Source of the DNA: an uncultured Planctomycetaceae bacterium | GTDB lineage: Bacteria; Planctomycetota; Planctomycetia; Planctomycetales; Planctomycetaceae | NCBI GenBank assembly: GCA_963815195.1 | Contig: CAWFGE010000012.1 | Span: 480,001-544,000, forward strand | Length of the DNA: 64,000 bases | Direction: 5' to 3' | Shown here: positions 10,182 to 20,697 of the stretch, piece after piece | Layout: the number at the start of each line of letters is the position of its first letter | How positions within the stretch are numbered: the first letter of the stretch is position 1 | Notes under the pieces: generated by a model | Seen by the model: only the letters and a program-made list of their open reading frames with translations | Told to the model about the DNA's origin: nothing | Databases searched by the model: none | Program-made: the position numbers and the translations under genes

Positions 10182-11678
10182 CTATGCGCCGCTCCGGATC
10201 GTTTCGCGGGCCTCGGACATCAGCCGCGTTTTCAAGTCGTGGAGCTTTTGCTCCAATCCCACGGGATAGGGCTCCGCATCGTGCAGGCGGGCGACGCCCG
10301 CGGGGAGTTGGGCGACTTGAGCGAGGCAATGTTCGCGGGCCTCTCTTGCAGTCGGCGGATCGTAAACTCGCCGGCCTTTACGGAAGATCGGCACCAAGAG
10401 GTCGGCGGACTTCGTGCCGGGGGGAATGCGAAAGGGCGTCTCGCCCACGAAGCGGATCAAGCTCCAATCGTCCGCGGGCGGATGGGATTCCTGATAGATC
10501 GCGTCCGCGAGGAAGCCGGAGCCATCGGAAAACCGCCGGACTTGCTGAATGCCGGGGTTCGTGGTTTTGATGGTCTCGTCCGAAAGCTTGATCCGGTGCT
10601 GCCAGGGGCCGGGCTGTCTGGTTTCGGGATCGGTCTCGCGGACGGCGGCGAGCTTGTAAACGCCGCCGAGCGCCGCCTGATCGCCGCCCGTCGCCAGCCG
10701 CGTGCCTACGCCCCAGACGGTTATCTTGGCACCTTTTTGATGCAGGGCTTCGATCTGGTACTCGTCCAATTCGTTGCTGGCAACGATGCGGGCCTCGGGG
10801 AAGCCGGCTTCGTCGAGCATCCGCCGCGCCTTGATGCTCAATTCCGCGAGGTTGCCGGAGTCCAGCCGGATGCCGACCATCTCGTGGCCGGCCTCGCGGA
10901 GGCGTTTCCCGGCGGCGATCGCGTGCCTCACGCCTTCCAGCGTGTCGTAAGTATCGACGAGAAACACGCAGTTGTTGGGCATCGCCTTGGCGTAGGTGTC
11001 GAAGGCCTCGAGCTCGTCGCCGAAACACATCACCCAGCTATGGGCGTGGGTGCCTTGGACGGGAATGCCATAAAGCTTGCCCGCGAGCACATTGGAGGTG
11101 GAATCGCAGCCGCCGATGTAAGCCGCCCGCGACGCCGACAACCCCCCGTCGATTCCCTGCGCCCGGCGGAGGCCGAACTCCATCACGGTCTCGTCCCCGG
11201 CGAGTCGGCGAATGCGGGCGGCTTTGGTGGCGATCAGCGTGGGAAAGTTGAGCAGGTTCAACAGCGGCGTCTCCAAAAGCTGGCATTGCCAGATCGGACC
11301 CTGCACGCGCACCAGAGGCTCCTGCCCGAACACGACCGTGCCTTCGGGCACCGCGTCGAGGTCGCATCCCATCCGCATCTTGCCCAACGCTTCCAAGAAC
11401 GCCGGCTCGAACAGCGGCCGGCCGTCGTTCCCGGTGAGCGTTTGGAGGTAATCCCGGTCCTCGGCGTCAAAACCGAACGCTTCCACAAAATCCACCGCCT
11501 CCGCCAAACCCGCGGCGACCGCATATTCCCCGCCAAACGGCGGTTTGCGAAAGAAAAGATGAAAAACCGCTTCCCGATCGGCGATTCCCGACTTCCAATA
11601 TCCATAGGCCATTGTGAGTTGGTACAGATCCGTCAACAACGCCAAAGGGTGCCGATAAAGCCGGGTTAATGTCGTCAT
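10182..11678 (-). CDS. pncB: Nicotinate phosphoribosyltransferase
   Basis: LLTDLYQLTM, EFGLRRAQG, GTHAHSWV, LVDTYD, GIRLDSG, WGVGT, GVYKL. Confidence 0.95.
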   Translation of the reverse strand: MTTLTRLYRHPLALLTDLYQLTMAYGYWKSGIADREAVFHLFFRKPPFGGEYAVAAGLAEAVDFVEAFGFDAEDRDYLQTLTGNDGRPLFEPAFLEALGKMRMGCDLDAVPEGTVVFGQEPLVRVQGPIWQCQLLETPLLNLLNFPTLIATKAARIRRLAGDETVMEFGLRRAQGIDGGLSASRAAYIGGCDSTSNVLAGKLYGIPVQGTHAHSWVMCFGDELEAFDTYAKAMPNNCVFLVDTYDTLEGVRHAIAAGKRLREAGHEMVGIRLDSGNLAELSIKARRMLDEAGFPEARIVASNELDEYQIEALHQKGAKITVWGVGTRLATGGDQAALGGVYKLAAVRETDPETRQPGPWQHRIKLSDETIKTTNPGIQQVRRFSDGSGFLADAIYQESHPPADDWSLIRFVGETPFRIPPGTKSADLLVPIFRKGRRVYDPPTAREAREHCLAQVAQLPAGVARLHDAEPYPVGLEQKLHDLKTRLMSEARETIRSGA

Positions 11679-11758
11679 GGGAAGTTCCCTTTTCGATTCC
11701 GGTGCGAAGGATAAAACGAAACCGATGAGATGGACAGCATGATCCTTTCGCCGCCCCT

Positions 11759-11779
11759 TTAGTGTGAAATATACACTAA
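11759..11779. promoter_or_regulatory. NrtR-type operator upstream of pncB
   Basis: 21-bp palindrome TTAGTGT-GAAATAT-ACACTAA with the GT-N7-AC core, about 80 bp upstream of the pncB start. Confidence 0.7.
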
Positions 11780-11988
11780 GAACCCGCCGCGGGCAATGGG
11801 TTTTCTTGAGATTCTGTTCGTGGGAATTGGCCGGGCCGGTCTGAGGGATTTCCTTGAAACTCGGGAAACAATACGGAAAGCAGGTGACGGCGTCCTCCCG
11901 ATCCGTTTAGAATAAATCCTGGAAGAATCCGTTGGGGAAATCCTGGGGTCATTTGGTGTCGCATATTCGCCGCAGGGCACGAGTCCCA

Positions 11989-12085
11989 TTTTCCTCGCAC
12001 AACCGGACGCGAGCGCGTTCCGGTTGGTTCTTCCTCATTAGCCGCAGGGCGCTAGCCCCGGTTTCCTCACACAACCGGACGATCG
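11989..12085. repeat. REP-like cluster (ATTAGCCG..GGGCGCTAGCCCCGGTT family)
   Basis: Direct repeat TTTCCTC(G/A)CACAACCGGACG flanks ATTAGCCGCAGGGCGCTAGCCCCGGTT. A near-identical copy lies at 15521-15550. Confidence 0.65.
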
Positions 12086-12089
12086 TTCA

Positions 12090-12794
12090 ATGAGGCGATT
12101 CGACACTGACATCACGATCATTCTCGATCGATCCGGCTCGATGGGCAGCATTGCGTCCGAGACGATCGCGGGATTCAACCAGTTCCTGCAGGAGCAGCGT
12201 CTGCTCCCGGACCGGGCGTGTTTGACGCTGGTGCAGTTCGATGACCTGTACGAAGTGCTTTACGTCGGGCGGGACCTCCGGCACGTGCCCAACCTCGACT
12301 ACGACACCTTCCAGCCCCGCGGCGCGACCGCGCTCTTGGACGCCATCGGCATGAGCGTCCGCCTCGCGACCTCGCGGATTCTCGTCTTGCCCCCGGAAGA
12401 CCGGCCCCGGCAGGTCATCTTCGTGATCCTGACCGACGGCTTGGAAAACGCCAGCAGCCGGTTTGAACGCCGGTTGGTGTTCGACATGATCCGCCATCAG
12501 CGGCAGACCAACCAGTGGACGTTTTTGTTCCTGGGAGCCAATCAAGACGCGATCTCCGAAGCCGGCTCGTTGGGGATTCCGCACGAAGACGCGATGAACT
12601 TCGAAAGCACCGGCTACGGCACGCAGGCGGCGTTCGACAAAGTGTCGGTCAACCTGCGAAACATGCGGCTGGGCAGCAGCGACCAGCCGATGCCCTGGAA
12701 CGGCTTCGCCTGGGACAACAGCACCGACCCCGAATCCGCCCACCGCCCCAGCTCCACCCAACCGCCATCGTCCCACCGCCCGCCTTCGGGGTGA
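12090..12794 (+). CDS. von Willebrand factor A (vWA) domain protein
   Basis: MIDAS motif ILDRSGSM, TALLDAIG, ILTDGLENAS, FLFLGANQDA. Confidence 0.88.
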   Translation: MRRFDTDITIILDRSGSMGSIASETIAGFNQFLQEQRLLPDRACLTLVQFDDLYEVLYVGRDLRHVPNLDYDTFQPRGATALLDAIGMSVRLATSRILVLPPEDRPRQVIFVILTDGLENASSRFERRLVFDMIRHQRQTNQWTFLFLGANQDAISEAGSLGIPHEDAMNFESTGYGTQAAFDKVSVNLRNMRLGSSDQPMPWNGFAWDNSTDPESAHRPSSTQPPSSHRPPSG

Positions 12795-13062
12795 GGCTGC
12801 TTTGGCAGCGATCGGAAGCGGTCGAAATCGGGGATGTGATGGCGTGGCTCTCGAAGTCGCAGTGCGCATGGGATCTGCAAGGCGGGGGAAAATGATTGGC
12901 GCAGCAGACCCGAGGACGCGTTGAGTCGCCCCGCTCCACCAAAAATCTCAACCCGAATATCGGGCTTGGGCTCGCCACCGCGTGAACGAACTCGAATTTG
13001 ACCAGGGTGATTTCGGGCAGCCGGACGCATCAGAGCGGCCTCCTTCATGGTTCGGTTTACTC

Positions 13063-13177
13063 CTTTCGCCCTATTTTCCAGGGGATTAGGTGGCACGTCC
13101 CTGAGCGGAGCGAAGGGCGTGGCAAAACGCAAAGACCACGCCCTTCGTTCCTCAGGGCGTGCCACCCAAGTCCGTAC
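13063..13177 (+). repeat. ~115-bp REP/MITE-like hairpin, copy 1
   Basis: GGTGGCACGTCCCTGAG..GAAGGGCGTGG..CCACGCCCTTCG..CTCAGGGCGTGCCACC. The reverse-complement copy is at 27235-27348. Confidence 0.8.
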
Positions 13178-13296
13178 CTGCTTCTGTGAAGCACACACGT
13201 GTGAACTCCAGGGCTGGGGAACGGCGCTTCATTGCATATAATGAAGCCCATCAAATCGATCGTTCAATTCATTCTTCCCAAAGTTCGCGGTTTTGT

Positions 13297-15471
13297 ATGG
13301 AGTCCCTCAGCGGTTTGATCGAGCGGGTCACGTTCCATAATCCCGAGAATGGGTTTACGGTGCTCAAGGTCGCGGTGCGCGGCGTGCAGGTGCCGGTGAC
13401 CGTTGTGGGAAACGTGATGATGGTGGCCGCGGGCGAGCATCTTTCGGCCGAGGGCCGTTGGACGATGGACCGCGAGCACGGGCGGCAGTTTCGGGCGGAG
13501 TCCATCCAAACCACACACCCTAGGTCGGCGGAAGGCATCGAGCGGTTTTTGGCGTCGGGCGTGGTGCGCAGCGTGGGGCCCAAACTCGCCGCCCGCATTG
13601 TCGCCCTCTACAAAGAGCGCACGCTGGAGATCATCGAAAACTACCCGGAAATGCTTTTGCATCTCCGCGGCATCGGGGCGGAAAAGCTCAAAAAAATCCG
13701 CGAAAGCTGGCAGGAGCAAAAGCACGTCCGCGAGATCATGCTCTTTTTGCACCAGCACGGCATCGGCTCTGCGCGGGCCAATCGCATCTACCGCCGATAC
13801 GGCGACCGGGCCATCGAGATCATCCGCAAGAATCCCTATCAACTCGCCGACGACATCCGCGGCATCGGGTTTCAGTCGGCGGACGAACTTGCCAAAAGCC
13901 TCGGCCTCGATCCCGCATCTCTCCACCGAGCCCGGGCCGCGGTGCGGTATGTCTTGCAGGAATTGACGTTCAAGCAAGGCCACGCGGGGTTTCCCGAACC
14001 GGGCGTGATCCAGCGGGCCGCGGGGTTGGTGTCCATCGACCGCGGGATTCTGGAAAACGCGGTCGCGGACGAGATGGCCGAGGCGCGAATCGTCCGCGAA
14101 CGCCGAGCCGGGGAGGATTGGCTGTTCTTGGAACGGCTTTACCGGGCGGAAACGCGGCTGGCGGAGTCGATCCAAGGGATGTTAAGCCGGCCCGGCCATC
14201 CGCTGCCCGCGATTGATGTGGAGGCCGCGATCGCCTGGGTGCAGAACAAGCTGGGCATCGAATTGGCGGCCGGGCAGCAGGAGGCCTTGCGGTCGGCGTG
14301 CCGGGAGCGGCTGGTGATTATCACCGGCGGGCCGGGCGTGGGAAAGACGACTCTGGTTCGCAGTTTGCTCGAAGTGTTCGAGGCGAAGGAACTCCGCTGT
14401 GTCCTCGCGGCTCCCACGGGCCGGGCCGCGAAACGCCTCACCGAAACCACCAACCGCCCCGCCAAGACCATTCATCGGCTCTTGGAGTTCGATCCCGTCG
14501 AAGGCGGCTTCAAACGCAGCGAAGCGAATCCGCTTACCGGGGACTTGTTCGTTCTGGACGAGTGCTCGATGATCGATGTGCTTCTCGCGCAGCAATTGTT
14601 CGAGGCGATTCCCGCCCAAGCGGCGGTGGTGATGGTCGGCGATGTGGATCAGCTTCCGTCTGTGGGACCGGGGAGCGTTTTGGGCGATTTAATCCGTGCC
14701 CGGCAGATCACGGTGGCCCGTTTGACGGAAATCTTCCGGCAGGCCCAATCCAGCCGAATCGTCGCGGCGGCGTATGCGGTCAATCAGGGCGAGCTGCCGA
14801 CTTTGGAATCCCCCAAGTCGGAGTTGACCGATTTCTATTTCACCGAATGCGACACGCCGGAATCCATCGAAACCATGATCGTCCGACTCGTAAAAGACCG
14901 CATCCCAGAACGCTTCGGTCTCGATCCGCTCGCGGATGTGCAGGTTTTGACGCCGATGAATGGCTCATCCTTGGGAGCGAGGCATCTCAATCAGGTGCTG
15001 CAAAACGCGCTGAACCCCAAACAGAAGCAGCGGGAGGTCGCGCGGTTCGGCATCACCTACCGTGCAGGGGACCGGGTGATTCAGACGGAGAACAACTACA
15101 ACCGGGATGTGTTCAACGGCGACTTGGGGACGATCTCGCACATCGATCCGGTGGAGCAGGAACTCACGGTGCGGTTCGAAAGCCGGGGGGTGGTCTATGA
15201 TTTTGGTTCGCTCGATGAACTGGCGTTGGCGTATGTGCTCACGATCCACAAAAGCCAGGGCAGCGAATATCCCTGCGTCGTCATTCCGCTGCACACGCAG
15301 CATTTTATGATGCTCCGCCGCAATCTGCTTTATACGGGCATCACCCGCGGCAAGCAGTTGGTGATCGTCGTCGGTTCCCGGCGGGCTTTGGAACTTGCGA
15401 TCCAAAGAGCCGACACCCACCACCGCTTTACGGCTCTTTGCGAGCGGTTACAATCGCTGGGGGAAAAATGA
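13297..15471 (+). CDS. recD2: ATP-dependent RecD2-like DNA helicase (SF1B)
   Basis: IERVTFHNPENGFTV N-terminus, HhH region, ITGGPGVGKTT, LAAPTGRAAKR, DECSMID, VGDVDQLPSVGPG, TIHKSQGSE. Confidence 0.95.
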   Translation: MESLSGLIERVTFHNPENGFTVLKVAVRGVQVPVTVVGNVMMVAAGEHLSAEGRWTMDREHGRQFRAESIQTTHPRSAEGIERFLASGVVRSVGPKLAARIVALYKERTLEIIENYPEMLLHLRGIGAEKLKKIRESWQEQKHVREIMLFLHQHGIGSARANRIYRRYGDRAIEIIRKNPYQLADDIRGIGFQSADELAKSLGLDPASLHRARAAVRYVLQELTFKQGHAGFPEPGVIQRAAGLVSIDRGILENAVADEMAEARIVRERRAGEDWLFLERLYRAETRLAESIQGMLSRPGHPLPAIDVEAAIAWVQNKLGIELAAGQQEALRSACRERLVIITGGPGVGKTTLVRSLLEVFEAKELRCVLAAPTGRAAKRLTETTNRPAKTIHRLLEFDPVEGGFKRSEANPLTGDLFVLDECSMIDVLLAQQLFEAIPAQAAVVMVGDVDQLPSVGPGSVLGDLIRARQITVARLTEIFRQAQSSRIVAAAYAVNQGELPTLESPKSELTDFYFTECDTPESIETMIVRLVKDRIPERFGLDPLADVQVLTPMNGSSLGARHLNQVLQNALNPKQKQREVARFGITYRAGDRVIQTENNYNRDVFNGDLGTISHIDPVEQELTVRFESRGVVYDFGSLDELALAYVLTIHKSQGSEYPCVVIPLHTQHFMMLRRNLLYTGITRGKQLVIVVGSRRALELAIQRADTHHRFTALCERLQSLGEK

Positions 15472-15520
15472 GCGGCAAGGGGTTGGTGCTGCATCAAATC
15501 AAAAACGTGGGATTGAGAAA

Positions 15521-15550
15521 ATTAGCCGAAGGGCGCTAGCCCCGGTTTTC
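15521..15550. repeat. REP-like element
   Basis: ATTAGCCGAAGGGCGCTAGCCCCGGTTTTC, matching the copy near 12038. Confidence 0.6.
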
Positions 15551-15588
15551 GCAGAGCAAACCGACGCATGAGAATCTGAAAGAAATCC

Positions 15589-16070
15589 ATGAGCGAGAGC
15601 CAATCGGAATTGCCGATGGAGATTTCGCGGCGGGGCCGGCGGATTTGGAGACGATTGTGGAATTCAATCTGCGATTGGCCGCCGAGTCGGAGAACAAACA
15701 GCTCGACCGCGAGACCGTTCGGCGGGGCGTGGCGGCGCTTTTGGGCGATGAAACCAAGGGCCGATATTTCGTCGCCTGCCTGGGCGAGGAAATCATCGGG
15801 CAGTTGATGCACACCCGCGAATGGAGCGACTGGCGGAACGGCGACATCTGGTGGCTGCAAAGTGTCTATGTCGTCGCCGCCTATCGCCGGCGGAGCGTGT
15901 TTCGCCGGCTGTATCAGCATCTGTGGAATGAAGCCCAGACGCGGACGGACGTGGTGGGCGTCCGGCTGTATGTCGAAGTCGAAAACATCGCTGCCCAAGA
16001 GACTTACCGCAATATGGGCCTGATCCAGCCGGGCTATTTCGTCATGGAAAACCTGCCCAAGGAAGGCTAG
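15589..16070 (+). CDS. GNAT family N-acetyltransferase (apparent frameshift near 15630)
   Basis: EWSDWRNGDIWWLQSVYV, RLYVEVENIAAQETY. The likely ATG at 15589 is out of frame with the body of the gene. Confidence 0.8.
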
Positions 16071-16298
16071 TGGGACGGGAATTTCATAACAGGACCACTT
16101 GCGGGAATTCTCGCCGGTTTCTCCTTTTTTTTCTCAAGTTTCCCCGTTTTGCCAAGCTTTTTGGCACACGAGTTGACCTAAAGCGTAGAATAAGATATGT
16201 TCCTAGAGTGTATATGTTAAGCCGGAACACAAAAGTACTGTTTGATATTTGAAAAGGTTAATGTGGAACGAGAAACTCAGAATCATCGTAACGGGGGG

Positions 16299-17502
16299 AT
16301 GGAAACAGGTTTTGCAGAATTGGGGCTCAATCAGCGAACGCTCGACACGCTGAACGAGATCGGGTACCACACGCCCAGCCCCATCCAAAATGCATTTATC
16401 CCCCTGGCTATGAAAGGTGTGGATTGCACGGGACAGGCCCGCACGGGCACGGGCAAAACGGCCGCTTTTGTTTTGCCGATCATTGAAGCGATCGACCTCA
16501 ACAATCCCGCCACGCAGGCGTTGGTGCTGGCTCCCACGCGGGAACTCAGCGAGCAAGTGGCGGGCGAGGCCCAAAAACTCTGCGGCAAGAACCGCTGCCG
16601 GACGGCGGTGTTCGTGGGCGGGCGTCCGATCCGCAAGCAGTTGGACCAATTGAAACGAGGCATCCAAATCGCCGTGGGCACACCGGGGCGGGTGATCGAC
16701 CTGTTGTCCCGCCGGGCTTTGGATTTGAAGGATGTCAAGGTCGTCGTCTTGGACGAAGCCGACCGCATGCTCGACATCGGGTTTCGGCCGGATATTCGAA
16801 AAGATCCTCCGGCAGTGCCCGTCGGAGCGGCAGACGCTTCTGCTCTCGGCCACCATGCCGCCGCCGGTGGAACGCCTCGCCAAGCGCGATATGAAGAATC
16901 CCAGGCGGGTCGATTTGTCGGCGGACAGCATTTCCTCGTCCGAGACCATCGACCAGTATTACGCCACGGTCGATCACGACCGCAAGTTCCAACTCTTGGT
17001 GCGGCTCCTCAAAAAGGAACGGCCCCAGCAGGTGCTGGTCTTCACCCGCACCAAACGCGGGGCCGAGCAGCTTCACCGGAAGTTCGCCGGCAAGCTGGAC
17101 CGCGTGGCGATGATGAACGGCGACCTCCCGCAACCCAAGCGGGACAGCGTGATGAAGAAGTTTCGCAGCGGCGAAATTCGCATGTTGATCGCCACCGACG
17201 TCGTGGGCCGGGGCATCGATGTGAGTTCGATCTCCCACATCATCAATTACGACATCCCGGAGTACTACGACGATTATGTGCATCGCGTGGGACGCACGGG
17301 TCGGCTCTCGTCGGATCAGCGCGGCTGTGCGATCACCTTCGTAACCCGCGAGCAAGGCGAGCAACTGACGAGCATCGAAAAACGCATCAACCAGATGCTG
17401 CCCGAATACCAGATCGAAGGCTTCCAGGCGTATCGTCCCAGCGGACCCCGCCCGCACGTCAAAGACGAAAACCCCCAGGAAATGGCGTACTCGTTCGCGT
17501 AA
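16299..17502 (+). CDS. DEAD-box RNA helicase (one frameshift near 16800)
   Basis: Q motif, ARTGTGKT, PTREL and LDEADRML in one frame. SAT, ATDVVGRGID and YVHRVGRTGR in another frame. Confidence 0.92.
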
Positions 17503-17543
17503 CGCGGCGAAATTCAGGCCGTTCGGAACACAGCGAACTCCCA

Positions 17544-17798
17544 ATGTCGACCGTAGAAGACATTCTTAGCCAGGCAAAAGGCTTGCCAGCGCGCGAGCGG
17601 TTGCTGCTGGTTCAGGAATGGCTGCTCACCTTGGATTCCGAAACCGAACCCTTGGGCGAAGCCGATTGGAACGCCGCCTGGCTCCCGGAACTCGAAGCCC
17701 GCCTGGCCGCATAAGAGCGAGGCGAATCCCCGGCGAGCGATTGGCAGAGCGCGATGGGCCGGTTGCGGCAATCCTTTAATGCGAGCGAGTCGCCCTGA
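17544..17798 (+). pseudogene. Addiction-module (TIGR02574-like) antitoxin with in-frame TAA at 17712
   Basis: MSTVEDILSQAKGLPARERLLLVQEW...WNAAWLPELEARLAA*ERGESPASDWQSAMGRLR continues in frame past the stop. Confidence 0.65.
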
Positions 17799-17826
17799 TT
17801 CTGATCCGTCGATCAAGCTCTCAAGG

Positions 17827-19707
17827 CTAGGCCGCTTTGCCAACGGGTTTGGGGCCGATCGACTTGGGGCCTCTTTTGCTTTTTTGCTTGAGGTCGAACA
17901 GGCCGAAGATTTCCGAAGCGTTGAGGCTCAGCGACGTGTTGGTGGTGTCGCCTTCGCCCAGGATGCTCGCGAAGAGTTCGCGTTTTTCCTGGAGCACCTT
18001 GTCGATGCGTTCCTCGATCGTGTCTTTGGAAATGAACTTGGTGACGATGACCTGGGACTTCTGGCCGATGCGGTGGGCGCGGTTGATGGCCTGATCCTCG
18101 ACGGCCGGGTTCCACCAGCGATCGAACAAAAACACATAGCCCGCGAATTGCAGATTCAGGCCCACCGCTCCGGTGCCGTAGCTCATCAAGAGCAAATGCG
18201 AGTTCGGGTCTTCCTTGAACTGGGCCAGGATCGGCTCGCGTTTCTTGGTGGGCACGCCGCCGTGGTAGATCAGCGAGCCGCATTGGTCGCCCAGGCGTTT
18301 GTCGAGTTCGAGTTTGAGCCAATCCAGCGTTTTAGTCCATTGGCTGAACAGGATCGCCTTGCCGCCGCTTGAGGAGATTTCTTCCATGTCCGCCGCCAGC
18401 CGGTCCAGCTTGGAACTGTCGCCGGTGACCGGGTCGCGGTTGGCGATTTGCTTGAGGCGGAGCACGAGTTCGAACACGTGCTGGATCGTGACTTCCTCGC
18501 CCATGTCGCTCAGCTGCACGACGCCTTCTTTCTCCGCCGTGTGATAGGAATGCGCCTGGGCCGGCGAGAGCGGCAGGTACTCGTCCCGGTCCAACCGCGG
18601 CGGCAGGTCGGTCATCACCAGGTCTTTGGTGCGGCGGAGGATGTAGATGTCGGCGAGTTGGCTGAGCTGCCTCAAGTCCGGCGTGCCCCGCGGCGGGATG
18701 ACTTCCAGGAACTCGAACAGCGACGAGAGTTCCTCGGGGCGGTTTTCGATGGGGGTGCCGGTGAGGGCCCAACTCCGGCGGCGGCCGACGTTTCGCACGG
18801 TCTGGGCGGTGCGGGAGTCGCGGTTCTTGATCCGCTGGGCCTCGTCGAGCACCAACAGGTCGAACTTCGGCCGATCGTCTTCGGGCATGGCTTCGAAGTC
18901 GCGGACGAAGGTTTCATAATTCACCAGCCGCAGCGGAACGCCCGGGATTTTCCAGAGCATCTGCCGGCGGGACCAATGGCCCTCGATGGTGACGATCGGC
19001 AATTCCTCGGACCACATTTTGAACTCCCGCTGCCAGTTCGGGATCAAAGGCTTCGGGCAGATCAACAGCACCCGCCGGACCTGGCCGCTGCGAAGCAGGA
19101 GCCGAATGCCGGTGATGGTCTGCATCGTCTTGCCCAGGCCCATTTCGTCCGCAAGCAGGGCCGCCTTCTTCGAGAACAGCCAGGCGATGCCTTCGTATTG
19201 ATAGGGAAACGGCTCGAAGGGCATGATCAATTCCTGCCCCGCCAGCCAGCTTTCCAAGGGCGGCTGCAAAACGTAAAACAGCCGGTCTTCGAGCGACAAC
19301 GCATCCTCCGGCGGCTTGAGGCGGGTGACTTTTTTCGGTTTCGCCTGGCCTTCCTGCGGGTTCGGCTTGGGCGGGGCGATCGGTTTGAGTTCCTCGTGTT
19401 CCCCCGGTTCCGGCTTGGGCGGCAGGAACTCCAGGCCATCGGGGAAGGTCAAACCGAACGTCTTCACCCGCGGCCGATGCGGCCGCCAATGCGGCAGGAG
19501 CGAAACCTTTTCGAACAGCGAAACGCCGTCCGGTTCCACAAACGGCCAGCGCGTGAGCGCACCGTTCAATCCCGCCGCGTAAATCCCGGCCGAGAGTTCC
19601 AACGGCAGCGATCGGCATTCCGGCTCCGGCAGAAACGCCGGCAACGCCGAAGCCGGAGACTCTGAAGGCAAAGCATCCAAATCCGTCGGGCGCGGCGAAA
19701 CATGCAT
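17827..19707 (-). CDS. SNF2-family (DEXD) helicase/ATPase
   Basis: [59 protein letters not shown]. Confidence 0.93.
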   Translation of the reverse strand: MHVSPRPTDLDALPSESPASALPAFLPEPECRSLPLELSAGIYAAGLNGALTRWPFVEPDGVSLFEKVSLLPHWRPHRPRVKTFGLTFPDGLEFLPPKPEPGEHEELKPIAPPKPNPQEGQAKPKKVTRLKPPEDALSLEDRLFYVLQPPLESWLAGQELIMPFEPFPYQYEGIAWLFSKKAALLADEMGLGKTMQTITGIRLLLRSGQVRRVLLICPKPLIPNWQREFKMWSEELPIVTIEGHWSRRQMLWKIPGVPLRLVNYETFVRDFEAMPEDDRPKFDLLVLDEAQRIKNRDSRTAQTVRNVGRRRSWALTGTPIENRPEELSSLFEFLEVIPPRGTPDLRQLSQLADIYILRRTKDLVMTDLPPRLDRDEYLPLSPAQAHSYHTAEKEGVVQLSDMGEEVTIQHVFELVLRLKQIANRDPVTGDSSKLDRLAADMEEISSSGGKAILFSQWTKTLDWLKLELDKRLGDQCGSLIYHGGVPTKKREPILAQFKEDPNSHLLLMSYGTGAVGLNLQFAGYVFLFDRWWNPAVEDQAINRAHRIGQKSQVIVTKFISKDTIEERIDKVLQEKRELFASILGEGDTTNTSLSLNASEIFGLFDLKQKSKRGPKSIGPKPVGKAA

Positions 19708-19731
19708 GGCAACATCCTACAGTGGAAAAAT

Positions 19732-19946
19732 AGCCCGAAGCGCAAGCGAGGGAAACAGGCGATGTCCCTCGCTTGCGCTTTTTGAAGTTGCGCATTCTCT
19801 AAATCGCAAGCGATCGTCCATTGTGAGCGGCACGGCGCTAGCCGCCGGTCTTGAAATATCGAGTTTCCCTTGAAAAGACCGGGGGCTAGCGCCCTTCCGC
19901 TCACGTTTTGCAACATCGCGCAACTTCAAAACTTGCGCTTCGGGCT
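19732..19946. repeat. REP-like palindrome interrupted by a MITE
   Basis: AGCCCGAAGCGCAAGCGAGGGA...TCCCTCGCTTGCGCT[insert]TCGGGCT. Confidence 0.8.
19780..19931. mobile_element. 152-bp MITE with 14-bp TIRs and 8-bp target-site duplication
   Basis: TIRs TTTTGAAGTTGCGC (19780-19793) and GCGCAACTTCAAAA (19918-19931). Flanking direct repeat CTTGCGCT at 19772-19779 and 19932-19939. Confidence 0.8.
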
Positions 19947-19961
19947 GGTGAATGATCCAAT

Positions 19962-20519
19962 TCAGGCGGCTTCGGCGGCGGGAGGATTCGTAACAGGAGC
20001 GGCGGGGTTCTGGTTGGCGGTGCCCAGGGCTTCGTGCAAGGCGTCGCGGACGCGCTGAAAGGGTTCGCTCAAGTCGGCGTCGGCGGTGATGTGCGAGGCT
20101 CCCTGCGAGATCGCCGTTTCATCGCCGGCAAAGTCCGCGTGCCAAACCACGAACTGCCTGCCCAACCGCACGCCGGACGGTTCGGATGGATCATCTTCCT
20201 GAAGACACGCAACGGGCAGCGACACATGGCGGCGGAGTTCCAATAAGTCGGGCCGCTCCACCAAGACCAGATGCGGTTTGACGCCGATTTTTTCCACGAG
20301 CGTCCGCCCGATCAATTCCGCGAGCAAAAACGTCAAGAGGGTGGGGCCGTAGAGGATTTCCTGCGTGCGGTTGGGTTTCACGGGGGCGGTGCATTGGAAC
20401 TCCAACGGCCGTCCCAAATGATTTGTGACCAACAGCCCGCCCACATAGCCCCGCTCGGCGATGCGAATTGCCGTCAAAAATCCCAATCGAAACGCGTCCT
20501 GGTGTCCGTCCTTCGACAT
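19962..20519 (-). CDS. Conserved hypothetical protein
   Basis: Clean 185-aa ORF containing GYVGGLLVTNHLGRPLEFQCTAPVKPNRTQEILYG, co-oriented with its neighbours. Confidence 0.7.
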   Translation of the reverse strand: MSKDGHQDAFRLGFLTAIRIAERGYVGGLLVTNHLGRPLEFQCTAPVKPNRTQEILYGPTLLTFLLAELIGRTLVEKIGVKPHLVLVERPDLLELRRHVSLPVACLQEDDPSEPSGVRLGRQFVVWHADFAGDETAISQGASHITADADLSEPFQRVRDALHEALGTANQNPAAPVTNPPAAEAA

Positions 20520-20697
20520 GCAAATCCCTTACCTGTCCAAAATCCCGCAACAAGGCGAGCGTGGGGCGTCAGCCCCATGATTTGGTCAACCTCCCAAAAT
20601 CCTCCACTGTTTCTTAAATCGACAGGCCGGTTTCGGCGACTTGAGCGGGACTGGCTCGCGCGATGTAACCGTAAGTATTGGAATGATTTTCGACATT

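Noticed and set aside
16242..17714. 490-aa DEAD helicase-antitoxin fusion ORF
   Set aside because: It results from the frameshift near 16800 running off-frame into the separate downstream small gene.
12090..19707. Anti-phage defence island (vWA, RecD2, DEAD, SNF2)
   Set aside because: The genes are separated by REPs, not operonic, and look like ordinary housekeeping families with no nuclease or effector partner.
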